From the NCBI GenBank assembly GCA_016788205.1, contig JAEUTA010000013.1:5798-69797 (forward strand): 64,000 bases of DNA, read 5' to 3'. The notes below the pieces were generated by a model, which was given only the letters and a program-made list of their open reading frames with translations, was not told the DNA's origin and did not search any database. Below are positions 48,572 to 56,632 of this stretch, piece by piece. This DNA comes from Flavobacteriales bacterium (GTDB lineage: Bacteria; Bacteroidota; Bacteroidia; Flavobacteriales_F; PHOS-HE28). A program made the position numbers and the translations under genes. Each line of letters begins with the position of its first letter. Position 1 is the stretch's first letter.

Positions 48572-49459
48572 ATGGTACGCCGAGGCATCATAGTGGTTCT
48601 TGCGCTCCTGGCCTCACCCTGGCTGGCTGCGCAGGGCGATGTGCTGGTCGAGGCGCTGCGTAAATATCAAGCGGCCGATCTGGTCGCTGCGAAGGCACTT
48701 GTCGATTCCGCCGTGCGCACACCGGCCCATGCAGAGGATCCAGAAGCCTGGCTGCTGCGAGGCTTTGTATATAAAGACGCGTACAAAGGAGCCAAGGACC
48801 AGGAGCAGGGCGACATGCTCCGTGACGAAGCCTTGGCCAGTCTTTTTACCTGCCTTGGACTGGACAGAACAGGCACCTACAAGGAGAACGCACTGCAGGC
48901 CTACGAGTTCCTGACGCGTTCATTCTTCAATGATGCAGCCAAGGCGCTCAACGAGATGAATGAAGAGCGGGCGCTGTTCGTTTTCCCGAAATATCAAGAA
49001 GCGGCCTCGCGCCTTGACCCCAAGGCGGACCTTGGTGGGCGCACCATCGAGTTCACCAACGCTTTGGGGACCGTCTATACCAAGCGCTTCAACCAGGACA
49101 GGACGCGCACCGAGTGGTTCGATAAGGCCATCGTCGCCTACAAAGAAGTGCTAGCGATCGACCCCGAGAATTACGGTGCCAACTACAACCTGGCCACCCT
49201 GTTCTACAACCGGGGTGTCTACAACATCCAACGCATCGATGCCGACGACGAGATCCCGAGCATCCTACAGATCCAGGAGGCGAGTCGGGAATTCTTCCAG
49301 CAAGCCCTGCCATACATGCTGAAGGCTCATGATATGAACCCGACACGCCGAGAGACCCTATTGGGTTTGGAGGGTATCTACTACAGTCTTCAAGACCAGG
49401 AGAATTCGGATAAGTTCCGCCAACTCTTCGAGGAGATCCCGCAGGAGGACGGACGTTGA
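48572..49459 (+). CDS. Secreted all-helical (TPR-like) hypothetical protein.
   Basis: Signal peptide MVRRGIIVVLALLASPWLAAQ. Helical repeats rich in A/L/Y/K. It begins 2 nt after the DUF4154 gene. Confidence 0.5.
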   Translation: MVRRGIIVVLALLASPWLAAQGDVLVEALRKYQAADLVAAKALVDSAVRTPAHAEDPEAWLLRGFVYKDAYKGAKDQEQGDMLRDEALASLFTCLGLDRTGTYKENALQAYEFLTRSFFNDAAKALNEMNEERALFVFPKYQEAASRLDPKADLGGRTIEFTNALGTVYTKRFNQDRTRTEWFDKAIVAYKEVLAIDPENYGANYNLATLFYNRGVYNIQRIDADDEIPSILQIQEASREFFQQALPYMLKAHDMNPTRRETLLGLEGIYYSLQDQENSDKFRQLFEEIPQEDGR

Positions 49460-49465
49460 TCCCAG

Positions 49466-51253
49466 ATGCGTTTCCGCTTTACCATCGGCAGGAAGATCAG
49501 TATGGGCTTCGGCCTGTTCATCTTCTTCGCCTTGCTCGTGGTGATACTCACCAACCGTACACTGGAGCGCAGCCGCTCCATCAACGACCAGATCAACCAG
49601 GTCTATTCTCCGAGCGTTGATGCCTTGGTGCGCTTGCGCAACCTTACGGTGAACTCGCAAATGCTGATCAAGCATTGGGCATTGCTGGAGAGCAGGGCCG
49701 ACGCGCCCGAGAAGACCAATCTGGTGGACATCACGAATCGGGAGCTTCCGCAACTGCTGGACCGTATCGATACGCTGATGGCCAACTGGGAGCACGAGGA
49801 GGTCGCCCTTATGGGACAGATCACAGTGGAGATGCGCGAACTTTTCGAGCTGCATGACCGCATAAAGCACCTGCTGCCTTCGCTCGAGAGCTACAGCGAC
49901 CCGTTCGTTCACATGGAGCGGAATGACATCGCCGAAGAAGGTGGCCCGCTCGACCAGAGCACGCAGAAAGTGCTCGCGGACCTCGACCGTCTCTTGGAGA
50001 TGCAGGACCGCAAGCGCGTTGCGCTCAGTGGAGGCATGATACGAAGCTTCGACTCGTTGAAATTCTTCGTGTTGTACATGGGTATCGCGCTGGTCATCGT
50101 TGGTGCGGTGGCCGCATTCTTCATCGTTCGCGGCATCGTAGCACCGGTACAGCGACTGCGAAGTGTCCTGCTAAGCTTGGGCAGAGGGGTATTCCCACGC
50201 ACCAAGGTGCGCACGACCAACGATGAGGTCGGCGATATGGGCAAGGCGCTCACCTCTCTTGTGGAAGGTCTTCGGCGCACCACGGACTTCTCGCACGCCG
50301 TGGCAGCGGGGGATTTCGCGGCCGACTATCAACCGTTGAGCGACGACGACGTTCTTGGTCATGCGTTGTTGAAGATGCGCGATGAGCTGGGTCAACGTGA
50401 ACGTATCCTGGAAATGAAGGTGGTGGAGCGCACGGAAGAGGTGGTCAGGCAGAAGGAAGAGGTGGAGCGCCAAAGCCGAAAGGTGGTGGAGCTGTACAAG
50501 AACGTAACGGACAGTATCCGCTACGCGAAGCGCCTACAGGACAGCATCCTACCACCTGACAAACGCATTCGCGAGCTGCTCCCTGAATCCTTCGTGTTCT
50601 ACCGGCCCAAGGACATCGTCAGCGGGGACTTCTATTGGGTGGACCGCATCGACGATCGAGTGGCGTTCGCAGCTGTGGACTGTACCGGGCATGGTGTACC
50701 GGGTGCTTTCATGAGCCTGATCGGACACAATGGCCTTAATCAAGCCGTGCGCGAGCAAGGACGATCACGCCCGTCCGAAGTGCTCAAGGTCTTGAACAAG
50801 ATCGCCTTCGATGCCCTGCACAAGGACCGTGAAGAGCTCATGGTGCGCGATGGGATGGACATGGCCCTGTGCAACTACGACCCGCAACGCATGGTGTTGG
50901 AATATGCAGGGGCGAACTCACCGCTCTACATCGTGCGTGGCGAGGAGGTGCTCCGGTTCACGCCGGATAAGCGACCTATCGGCAGCTTCGATCTTGAGGG
51001 ACATGCCTTTACGGATCATCGGATAAAGCTGGAACAAGGAGACATGGTGTACATTTTCTCCGATGGCTATGCCGACCAGTTCGGCGGGCCGAAGGGGAAG
51101 AAGTTCCTCTATAAGCGCTTCCGAGACCTGTTGCTTGAGGTGAGCCGATTCCCTATCGAACGGCAGCGGAGCATGTTGGATGAAGCCTTCAAGGGCTGGC
51201 GCGGTGCCCATGAGCAAGTGGACGATATCTTGGTGATCGGGATGCGCGCGTAG
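49466..51253 (+). CDS. Membrane sensor with two transmembrane helices, a periplasmic helical (CHASE3-like) domain, a HAMP domain, a coiled coil and a C-terminal PP2C/SpoIIE-type Ser/Thr phosphatase domain.
   Basis: TM1 at aa 14-32 and TM2 at about aa 197-220. HAMP-like segment after TM2. PP2C blocks SGDFYWVDR, AVDCTGHGVPGAFMSLIG, MDMALCNYD and DGYADQFGG...DDILVIGMRA. It begins 6 nt after the preceding gene. Confidence 0.8.
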   Translation: MRFRFTIGRKISMGFGLFIFFALLVVILTNRTLERSRSINDQINQVYSPSVDALVRLRNLTVNSQMLIKHWALLESRADAPEKTNLVDITNRELPQLLDRIDTLMANWEHEEVALMGQITVEMRELFELHDRIKHLLPSLESYSDPFVHMERNDIAEEGGPLDQSTQKVLADLDRLLEMQDRKRVALSGGMIRSFDSLKFFVLYMGIALVIVGAVAAFFIVRGIVAPVQRLRSVLLSLGRGVFPRTKVRTTNDEVGDMGKALTSLVEGLRRTTDFSHAVAAGDFAADYQPLSDDDVLGHALLKMRDELGQRERILEMKVVERTEEVVRQKEEVERQSRKVVELYKNVTDSIRYAKRLQDSILPPDKRIRELLPESFVFYRPKDIVSGDFYWVDRIDDRVAFAAVDCTGHGVPGAFMSLIGHNGLNQAVREQGRSRPSEVLKVLNKIAFDALHKDREELMVRDGMDMALCNYDPQRMVLEYAGANSPLYIVRGEEVLRFTPDKRPIGSFDLEGHAFTDHRIKLEQGDMVYIFSDGYADQFGGPKGKKFLYKRFRDLLLEVSRFPIERQRSMLDEAFKGWRGAHEQVDDILVIGMRA

Positions 51254-51344
51254 CCTTGGGCCACCCCAGGGAAAGCCATTGGGTCGGTAGAGGTCAACAA
51301 CGACCCCCACTTGATCGATCCAGGATCAGGCGAATGATGAGGGA

Positions 51345-52223
51345 TCAGCCCTGCATCGTCCAACCGCCGCCCACGCCGGTCTCGACCGGATTCATGCACA
51401 TCACGGGGATCTGGGCCTCGTTGGCGATGATCTCCTGCTCGTAGGGCACGCCCAGCACGCCGAAAATGTTACCCTCCGTGAGGTTCATGATGGCGATCAG
51501 ATCCGCATCCAGCTCCACGCTGTGCTTCACCACGGCCTTCACGAAATCACCACTATCCTCCTTGGCGATAGTGGCCACGTGCTCTATCCCGCGTTCGCCC
51601 AGGTACTGATCGGCGAACTTCAGGTGGTTGAGTAATTGCTTGTGGAGGAACTCGTCGTCTTCTTTCGGCGTGATGAGGTGGACCTTGCTACCGAATGTCT
51701 TCGCCATCTCGGCCACCAACGTCAGCTTCTGCCGGGTCTCCTTGTGCAGGTCCAAGGGCACTACGATGTTGCGGTAACCGGCATCCTTGATCATGCGCTC
51801 CTGAACCACCACGAAGGGCACGTTACTGCTCGTGATAACGCGCAGTGCACGGCTGCCGGTGATGAACTGCATGCCGCGCATACCGTGTGTTCCCATGATG
51901 ATGAGCCCTGCACCGATCTCTGCCGCAGCATCGCCTATATCTTCGTAGATGGAACCGATACGGACCAATGCGGTCACGCTGGCCTTGTCGTTCCATTTCC
52001 GCGCGCGCGACGCCTCCATTTCCAGCTTCTTGCGGGCCTCCTCCGCATGCGCCTGCTTATCCACCACATGAAGCAGGTAAACAGCTGCACCAGTTTTGGC
52101 GGCGACCGTCATCGCGTGGTTCATCGCACAGTCCGCCACCTTCGTGAAATCGGTGGGTACCAGGATCTTGCTTGTCGTGTGGCTCATTGGTTGGAAGTTC
52201 CTTGCAGGGAAAAGCCCCGTCAT
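51345..52223 (-). CDS. Tandem-domain universal stress protein (UspA family).
   Basis: Two Usp domains, each with the ATP-binding G-x2-G-x9-G(S/T)-like block (IIMGTHGMRG.. and ..DLIAIMNLTEGNIFGV..). 292 aa. Confidence 0.75.
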   Translation of the reverse strand: MTGLFPARNFQPMSHTTSKILVPTDFTKVADCAMNHAMTVAAKTGAAVYLLHVVDKQAHAEEARKKLEMEASRARKWNDKASVTALVRIGSIYEDIGDAAAEIGAGLIIMGTHGMRGMQFITGSRALRVITSSNVPFVVVQERMIKDAGYRNIVVPLDLHKETRQKLTLVAEMAKTFGSKVHLITPKEDDEFLHKQLLNHLKFADQYLGERGIEHVATIAKEDSGDFVKAVVKHSVELDADLIAIMNLTEGNIFGVLGVPYEQEIIANEAQIPVMCMNPVETGVGGGWTMQG

Positions 52224-52274
52224 TCGGAAGGGCGGCTAAAGATAGAAAAGCCATGTATCCACAGGCCGTAAAGC

Positions 52275-52300
52275 AAACGACAACGAACAACTGCAAACGC
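52275..52300 (+). promoter_or_regulatory. Bipartite motif AAACGACA-N11-CAAACGC about 80-105 nt upstream of ssb paralogue 1. It is shared with paralogue 2.
   Basis: Direct comparison of the two upstream regions: taaagcAAACGACAacgaacaactgCAAACGCctGTAaa versus taacAAACGACAgcatccgttggaCAAACGCgtaTAacc. Confidence 0.35.
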
Positions 52301-52379
52301 CTGTAAATGAAGATCCACCGACACCGCCGGATCGACATCCCCTGCTTTGCCCCAGCCAAAACGCAAAATCAACGAGGCC

Positions 52380-52730
52380 ATGAACATTTCAATGAAGAAC
52401 AAGGTGCAGCTGATCGGCAATCTCGGGAAGGACCCCGAGTTGAAGAACCTGGGTAACGGCCAGGCGTTGCTCCGTCTGAGCCTGGCGACGAATGAGCGCT
52501 ACAAGGGTGCGGACGGTGAATGGAAGGAGAACACGCAGTGGCATCCCATCGTGGTCTGGGGAAAGCAGGCGGAAAAGATGGCCTCGCAAGTTCGGAAGGG
52601 CTCCGGTCTGGTGGTCGAAGGGCGTCTGGTGCAGCGCACCTACGAATCGAAAGAGGGTGAGCGTCGCTACAGCACGGAAGTGGTCGTGAACGAGTACCAG
52701 CTCCTTGGCGGCCGGGCAGAGCAGGAATAG
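52380..52730 (+). CDS. ssb: Short single-stranded DNA-binding protein paralogue (OB fold only, no acidic C-terminal tail).
   Basis: MNISMKNKVQLIGNLGKDPELK...TQWHPIVVWGKQAE...GSGLVVEGRL..R.YE is the canonical SSB OB-fold. It ends ..LLGGRAEQE without the DDDIPF motif. The start was trimmed to the ATG at 52380. Confidence 0.8.
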   Translation: MNISMKNKVQLIGNLGKDPELKNLGNGQALLRLSLATNERYKGADGEWKENTQWHPIVVWGKQAEKMASQVRKGSGLVVEGRLVQRTYESKEGERRYSTEVVVNEYQLLGGRAEQE

Positions 52731-52743
52731 TGAGGCTTGTTGA

Positions 52744-52783
52744 GAAAGAGGCGAATCAAGCAAAGCGCGATCCGCCTCTTTTC
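52744..52783. terminator. Putative bidirectional terminator hairpin after ssb paralogue 1, convergent with the T9SS cargo gene.
   Basis: GAAAGAGGCG ... CGCCTCTTTTC is a 9-10-bp stem with a long loop, followed by a T-run. Confidence 0.35.
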
Positions 52784-53900
52784 ATTGGGCCTTGATCACG
52801 GCACGACGGAGTCTTCCCAGGGGTGTATCCACCTCTACGAAATAGGTGCCCGCCACCAGTGTCGTACCGGAGAACACGACCATATCGGCAGACCGGCTGG
52901 ATGATACTCCAACGACACGCCCCAACGGATCCATGAGCCGTACCCGTGAAGCCGTCGCTCCAACCTCCACGAACACCTCGTTGGTGAAGGGGTTGGGCCA
53001 AGCATGCAATGAGGGCGCTTCGGGCTCATCGATCATCGACAGTGGCGAGACTTGCATGGTACGACACACCAAGGAGAAGCAGGTATCGAGGTTCGAAGGA
53101 CGAAGAGCGCCGACCAACAGACAGGTCTGGTATTCGCCCACCCCCACGAATTCGTTGAACCCCGCGAACGCCGTGTCCACGTTGCCATCACCATAGGACC
53201 AGATCTCCAGGACAGGGATAACGTTATTGGCCACAATGGTCGGTTGGAACGCCGTGCTGAGCCCATCATGCGTGGGCTCGAAGTCAACGAAGAGATCCTG
53301 TCCGCATGTTGAGGCGTTGCCGTCGACCGCCACCCATTGACCGTAGGTGGCAGAGCATTCACCGAGCGTGCGTGTAAGCGAGACGAAGTGCGGGCCCGGC
53401 AAGAGCCATATGTGGGAGGGGAATTCTTCTGTACTGGTGCTGTCATCACCGAACTCCCATAGCCGCTCTCCTGCGGATGCGCCGATGGACAGATCCAGGA
53501 ACTGCACAGCGTTCGTCCCTGCACCGGAGGCGGAGAAATGCGCTGAAATGCCCGCGCACGCGTTCAGCGGCACCACGACTTGCCTACAGAAGGTGGCCGA
53601 ACAGTCCAGTGTGGTCGTGGAAAGGGTGAGGCACACGGTGTAGGTGCCCGGTTGCTGGTATGCATGAGAGCTGTCGGTAGTGGCAGAAGAGCCATCCCCA
53701 TAGGAATAGCTGACCTGCGCGCTCTGGCCGAAGGTGGTGGAGCTATCCGCCAGCAGCACGGTAAGCCCATCCGTGGTGTAGTTGAACGCAGGGCGCAAGA
53801 GCACCGCGCAGATAGGCTCTTGGGCGGATAGGGATCCGCAAAGAGATGCCGCGGTCACAAGGCCGAGGAGGCGTTCAGCGGGCTTTCGAAGCGAACTCAT
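52782..53900 (-). CDS. T9SS-secreted lipoprotein-like protein with PKD-like beta-sandwich repeats and a T9SS C-terminal sorting domain.
   Basis: Signal peptide MSSLRKPAERLLGLVTAASLCGSLSAQ. The C-terminal about 75 aa (WPNPFTNEVFVEV...GTYFVEVDTPLGRL) match Por_Secre_tail. The start was trimmed from track 53954. Confidence 0.55.
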   Translation of the reverse strand: MSSLRKPAERLLGLVTAASLCGSLSAQEPICAVLLRPAFNYTTDGLTVLLADSSTTFGQSAQVSYSYGDGSSATTDSSHAYQQPGTYTVCLTLSTTTLDCSATFCRQVVVPLNACAGISAHFSASGAGTNAVQFLDLSIGASAGERLWEFGDDSTSTEEFPSHIWLLPGPHFVSLTRTLGECSATYGQWVAVDGNASTCGQDLFVDFEPTHDGLSTAFQPTIVANNVIPVLEIWSYGDGNVDTAFAGFNEFVGVGEYQTCLLVGALRPSNLDTCFSLVCRTMQVSPLSMIDEPEAPSLHAWPNPFTNEVFVEVGATASRVRLMDPLGRVVGVSSSRSADMVVFSGTTLVAGTYFVEVDTPLGRLRRAVIKAQ

Positions 53901-55395
53901 ATTGTAACCGGATCTGGAGCAAGGGACGTGTGAGCCAGGGTACTTCGCGGCCATCGAACGAAACGAGCGGGGTAGATATCATGGGCTCGGCATAGGCCCC
54001 CAGTCTCTCTGAAAGGGAGTAGCCTAGACTGAGTCCCACTTGGCCATGCAGCTGAGGGCTGAAACGAGCGCTGACACGGTCATCACCGAGCGTGGTGGTA
54101 ACGAAAGCGCTATCGGGCGCCGCTTGGACCAACGTGAGGCCTTTTCGGGAAGTTGGTATCCAAGCGGTGACCCCGGCGAAGGCTCCGTAGCGGAGACGAC
54201 GCGCGTTCGTGTGCCAGGCCAGCATCAATGGCACTTGTACGGCACCATACCGGTTGCGGGCATCGATACGTTGCCCAGCACCCGTTCGAGTCTCCGTCAA
54301 CGAATCGATGGTCCAAGAATAGATGGTGATGTCCGTGGTGGCTCCGGGAAAGACATTCTCCACCCAGGTGGTGTCCACATCGGTGTAAACCTCCTGAGCT
54401 CCCTCACCCTGGTGCGCGAACGTACTGCGCACACGTGCCAGGCCCAAGCCCCCCGAAACGCTCCAGCCACTGCGCCATTCACGCCCGAGCAACACCCCGA
54501 ACTGTGTGGTAGAGCGCCAGTGCTCAGCTTGGCTCAGTGCGGAAGAGCCCGCCCCGTGCCATTGCCCGTTCACAACGCCCATACCCGCGTACGGCGCCAG
54601 CCACCAGGTTCCGTGCGGCAAGACGTACCCAACGGTCTCCTGTCCGGCAAAGGTTGAACCCGGAGCCACGGGAGCGATCATCGGCGCAAGAGGGTCCATC
54701 CGCATGATCCGCTCGCGGGTCAGCGGATCAACGCTCAGCTCCGGATCGAGGTAGGGTTCCGTCGGGTCCGGGCTGTTCACGCCTTGGAAGGACGTGACCG
54801 ATGGCCGCTCCTTCGTTCGCTGGTCGTGCGCGATGCCCGGGATGGTGGAACGCAGCACTCCGCCCTCCTCTTCAGCGTTAGGAGCATCACCAACCGGCTC
54901 GTGTTCCCGAGCAACGGGAAGATCCCCTGCAGCGGCCGCGCCACGCGTCTTTGCGCGGGATGCAGCCGCAGCGGATCGGCCGTGGTCTTCCGGTGAACGA
55001 CCGCGCATTTCGCCGGTGGAAGGTGCCGTGCCGTATGGATCAGCATCGGCCTTGCCACTGTTATTCTCGTTCTGCGGATCGTACGGAGCAGGAGCGGATG
55101 TTCCGCTGAGCGCTGCCGGCATTTCCGTCGGCGGTTTCGGGCCCTGAGCCACGGTGCTGCCGGAGGCCTCTTCCGAACCGGCAGCGGACCCATTGGGTAC
55201 CCATACGCCAATGGCCAGGCCCACGACAACGATCGCGCCAGCGGCCATGAGCCAGGGCCTCCAACCAACTCCGCCGCCCGAACGGCCGCTCCAGCCCATG
55301 CGGGCGGCCAACGCCTCATGCACCGCTTCGGGCGGTGCGGCCTCGGCGTCGTACAACGCCTTGAATCGTTCGTCAATGGGATGTCCTTCCCGCAT
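53875..55395 (-). CDS. Putative anti-sigma/signalling membrane protein: short cytoplasmic N-terminus, one transmembrane helix, an about 230-aa Pro/Ala/Gly-rich linker, and a C-terminal about 270-aa outer-membrane beta-barrel-like domain.
   Basis: Its start overlaps the ECF sigma gene stop by about 23 nt. TM helix WRPWLMAAGAIVVVGLAIGVWV. Low-complexity P/A/G/S/E linker. The C-terminal alternating amphipathic beta-strand pattern resembles OMP_b-brl-type domains. Calling it an anti-sigma factor is positional inference only. Confidence 0.5.
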   Translation of the reverse strand: MREGHPIDERFKALYDAEAAPPEAVHEALAARMGWSGRSGGGVGWRPWLMAAGAIVVVGLAIGVWVPNGSAAGSEEASGSTVAQGPKPPTEMPAALSGTSAPAPYDPQNENNSGKADADPYGTAPSTGEMRGRSPEDHGRSAAAASRAKTRGAAAAGDLPVAREHEPVGDAPNAEEEGGVLRSTIPGIAHDQRTKERPSVTSFQGVNSPDPTEPYLDPELSVDPLTRERIMRMDPLAPMIAPVAPGSTFAGQETVGYVLPHGTWWLAPYAGMGVVNGQWHGAGSSALSQAEHWRSTTQFGVLLGREWRSGWSVSGGLGLARVRSTFAHQGEGAQEVYTDVDTTWVENVFPGATTDITIYSWTIDSLTETRTGAGQRIDARNRYGAVQVPLMLAWHTNARRLRYGAFAGVTAWIPTSRKGLTLVQAAPDSAFVTTTLGDDRVSARFSPQLHGQVGLSLGYSLSERLGAYAEPMISTPLVSFDGREVPWLTRPLLQIRLQYEFASKAR

Positions 55396-55936
55396 GGTGC
55401 AGTACGTCTTTTCGTTCGATACGCGCTTGCAGATAACTACGCGCTTTGGAGAGCTGGCTGCGCGAGGTGCTTTCGCCACAGCCCAACATGGCGGCGATCT
55501 CGGCATGGTCGAAGCCTTCGATCGCATAGAGGTTGAACACGTGCCGGTAGCCCTCCGGTAGTTCGGCGATCAGCTTCATCAGTTCCTGCTCGCCGAGGTT
55601 TTCAATGGCCATGGAGTCCACGGGCGCCTCGGGTAGATGCTCCAGACCGAAACGCTCCTGTTGGAACGATTTCTTGCGGTAGTGATTGATCGCAGTGTGT
55701 ACCATGATCCGTCTGATCCAGCCTTCCAGTGAACCCTCCATGCGGAACGCCGAGAGCTTCTCGTACACCCGGATAAAACCCTCCTGCATTAGGTCCTGGG
55801 CTTCCAGCTGGTGGCGGGCATAGCGCAGACACACAGCGTACATACGCCGTGCGTACCGCGTGTACAGGGTCTCCTGACAACGGCGGTCCCCACCCAGGCA
55901 ACCCTGGACGAGCTCACGTTCGGTCAATTCGCGCAA
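55373..55936 (-). CDS. ECF-type RNA polymerase sigma-70 factor (RpoE-like).
   Basis: Region 2 (..AQDLMQEGFIRVYEKLSAF..) and region 4 (..GYRHVFNLYAIEGFDHAEIAAMLGCGESTSRSQLSKAR..). 187 aa. Confidence 0.85.
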   Translation of the reverse strand: MRELTERELVQGCLGGDRRCQETLYTRYARRMYAVCLRYARHQLEAQDLMQEGFIRVYEKLSAFRMEGSLEGWIRRIMVHTAINHYRKKSFQQERFGLEHLPEAPVDSMAIENLGEQELMKLIAELPEGYRHVFNLYAIEGFDHAEIAAMLGCGESTSRSQLSKARSYLQARIERKDVLHHAGRTSH

Positions 55937-56065
55937 ACCTGGAAAGGCCTTTCCGACAACAAGACAACGGACGCCGCGCGAACGCTGCCTTGGGAGAGAC
56001 CCTTGAAAGATACAGGAAGCCCTTTGGTGACGGGCGGTTCAGGGGGAATGGAAGGCTGCGGTAAC

Positions 56066-56092
56066 AAACGACAGCATCCGTTGGACAAACGC
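56066..56092 (+). promoter_or_regulatory. Bipartite motif AAACGACA-N12-CAAACGC about 125-150 nt upstream of ssb paralogue 2.
   Basis: See the paired motif at 52275..52300. Same half-sites, with the spacer differing by 1 nt. Confidence 0.35.
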
Positions 56093-56215
56093 GTATAACC
56101 GATTACAACTGGTTATCAGCCGATTACGCTTTCCTCGCCGCGGAATGTTTGCATCGTCGTTCGGCAACAGCACCGGCGGCGGAAACGAAAAGTCACACCC
56201 AAAACACACAGTCCC

Positions 56216-56566
56216 ATGAACACGCTGAAGAACAAAGTGCACCTGATCGGTAACCTCGGTTTCGATCCCGAAGTGCGGGAGATCGCCAAGGGGCGCAAGG
56301 TGGCCCGCATCTCGGTGGCCACCAACGACACGTACCGCAATGCCAGCGGTGAGCGTGTTACCGACACCCAATGGCACACGGTAGTGGCCTGGGGTACTAC
56401 CGCCGAGGCCGTGGAACGCATGCTGCGCAAGGGGTCGCCGGTGGCGCTCGAAGGCCGCCTCGTACACCGCAGCTACGAGACCAAAGAAGGTGTGAAGCGC
56501 TACATCACCGAAGTGGTCATGAATGATTTCCAACTCTTGCAACCCAAGCAGGAGGCGGCCGCATAA
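56216..56566 (+). CDS. ssb: Second short single-stranded DNA-binding protein paralogue (no acidic tail).
   Basis: MNTLKNKVHLIGNLGFDPEVR...TQWHTVVAWGTTAE...GSPVALEGRLVHRSYE is about 50% identical to the paralogue at 52380. It ends ..QPKQEAAA. Confidence 0.8.
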   Translation: MNTLKNKVHLIGNLGFDPEVREIAKGRKVARISVATNDTYRNASGERVTDTQWHTVVAWGTTAEAVERMLRKGSPVALEGRLVHRSYETKEGVKRYITEVVMNDFQLLQPKQEAAA

Positions 56567-56586
56567 AGCCCAGTACCTACGAATGA

Positions 56587-56622
56587 GAAGCGGTCCCGAT
56601 CTTCGGGGCCGCTTCTGCTTTT
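56587..56622 (+). terminator. Intrinsic terminator after ssb paralogue 2.
   Basis: AGAAGCGGTCCCG-atctt-CGGGGCCGCTTCT is a 13-bp stem with one G-T pair, followed by GCTTTT. Confidence 0.55.
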
Positions 56623-56632
56623 AACGCTCTCC

